Assembly (NCBI RefSeq): GCF_042660085.1
Contig: NZ_JBHSTI010000008.1
Span: forward strand, 1,869,876 to 1,901,875
Source of the DNA: Longivirga aurantiaca
GTDB lineage: Bacteria > Actinomycetota > Actinomycetes > S36-B12 > CAIYMF01
Length of the DNA: 32,000 nucleotides
Direction of reading: 5' to 3'
The position numbers and the translations under genes are program-made. Numbering within the stretch: position 1 is the first letter of the stretch; every line of letters begins with the position of its first letter. Under the pieces are notes generated by a model. The model had not been told where the DNA came from and ran no database searches. It was given only the letters and a program-made list of their open reading frames with translations. Below, piece by piece: positions 31,950 to 32,000 of the stretch.

Positions 31950-32000
31950 ATGAGCGAGACCGCTCCGGAGCAGACCCTCGAGCGCGCCGCCGCCAGCCGG
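31950..32000 (+). CDS. Start of an unidentified ORF running off the right edge
   Basis: ATG at 31950 (MSETAPEQTLERAAASR...) with GAGGAGA at 31932-31938. Only 17 codons are visible, so no product can be assigned. Confidence 0.25.
   Translation, partial: MSETAPEQTLERAAASR

Noticed and set aside
1-32000. Search by eye for tRNA/rRNA genes, CRISPR repeats, IS inverted repeats with a transposase, integrase/att sites, toxin-antitoxin pairs or known defence-system genes.
   Set aside because: None were seen. All intergenic gaps are under 260 nt and are explained by promoters or hairpins. No transposase, integrase or nuclease-like ORF is present, and no obvious G+C shift marks an island boundary.

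Overview
Very high G+C (by eye above 70%) actinobacterial chromosome segment. The order aroG-type DAHP synthase ... plsC ... ArsA-like ATPase ... SRPBCC ... fadD15-type ligase matches, from memory, the conserved M. tuberculosis Rv2178c-Rv2187 neighbourhood. A Micrococcales-like host is only a guess. I support about 34 protein-coding genes and several GC-rich hairpin terminators. I recognised no rRNA, tRNA, CRISPR array, IS element or integrase. Many track ORFs are antisense or out-of-frame high-GC artefacts, or N-terminal over-extensions, so I re-derived starts from RBS and motif positions.

Ordinary content:
- MMPL transporter fragment and a YqeY-like protein.
- ada-alkA/ogt alkylation-repair operon.
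- Class II DAHP synthase, a phosphofructokinase with a PPi-type residue signature, and glpK.
- plsC, an Est-type alpha/beta hydrolase, and a ROK glucokinase broken by a +1 frameshift in a G7 run.
- An SRPBCC / ArsA(Get3-like) / CxCxxC small-protein operon, a metallophosphoesterase, a Zn-ribbon membrane protein and a fadD-type ligase.
- An ABC ATPase with a large permease.

Accessory content is a Gram-positive-type Tad/Flp pilus system scattered over three units:
- tadE plus a 462-aa TadG-like pseudopilin (10.2-12.1 kb).
- cpaB, cpaE/tadZ, cpaF/tadA, (signal peptide + vWA)::tadB and tadC (21.7-27.9 kb).
- A 60-aa Flp prepilin (31.65 kb) followed by a very strong hairpin.

Wedged between tadC and flp are a stand-alone DnaB-C-terminal-like RecA-fold ATPase and a divergent multi-TM/GAF/HisKA_3 kinase with a NarL-type regulator. 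The most interesting candidates are this ATPase + two-component module embedded in the Tad locus, the extracytoplasmic vWA domain fused to the TadB platform protein, and the even-numbered cysteine pattern (2/4/8) in all three pilin-like proteins. All functional calls rest on motif recognition by eye. No database search was run.
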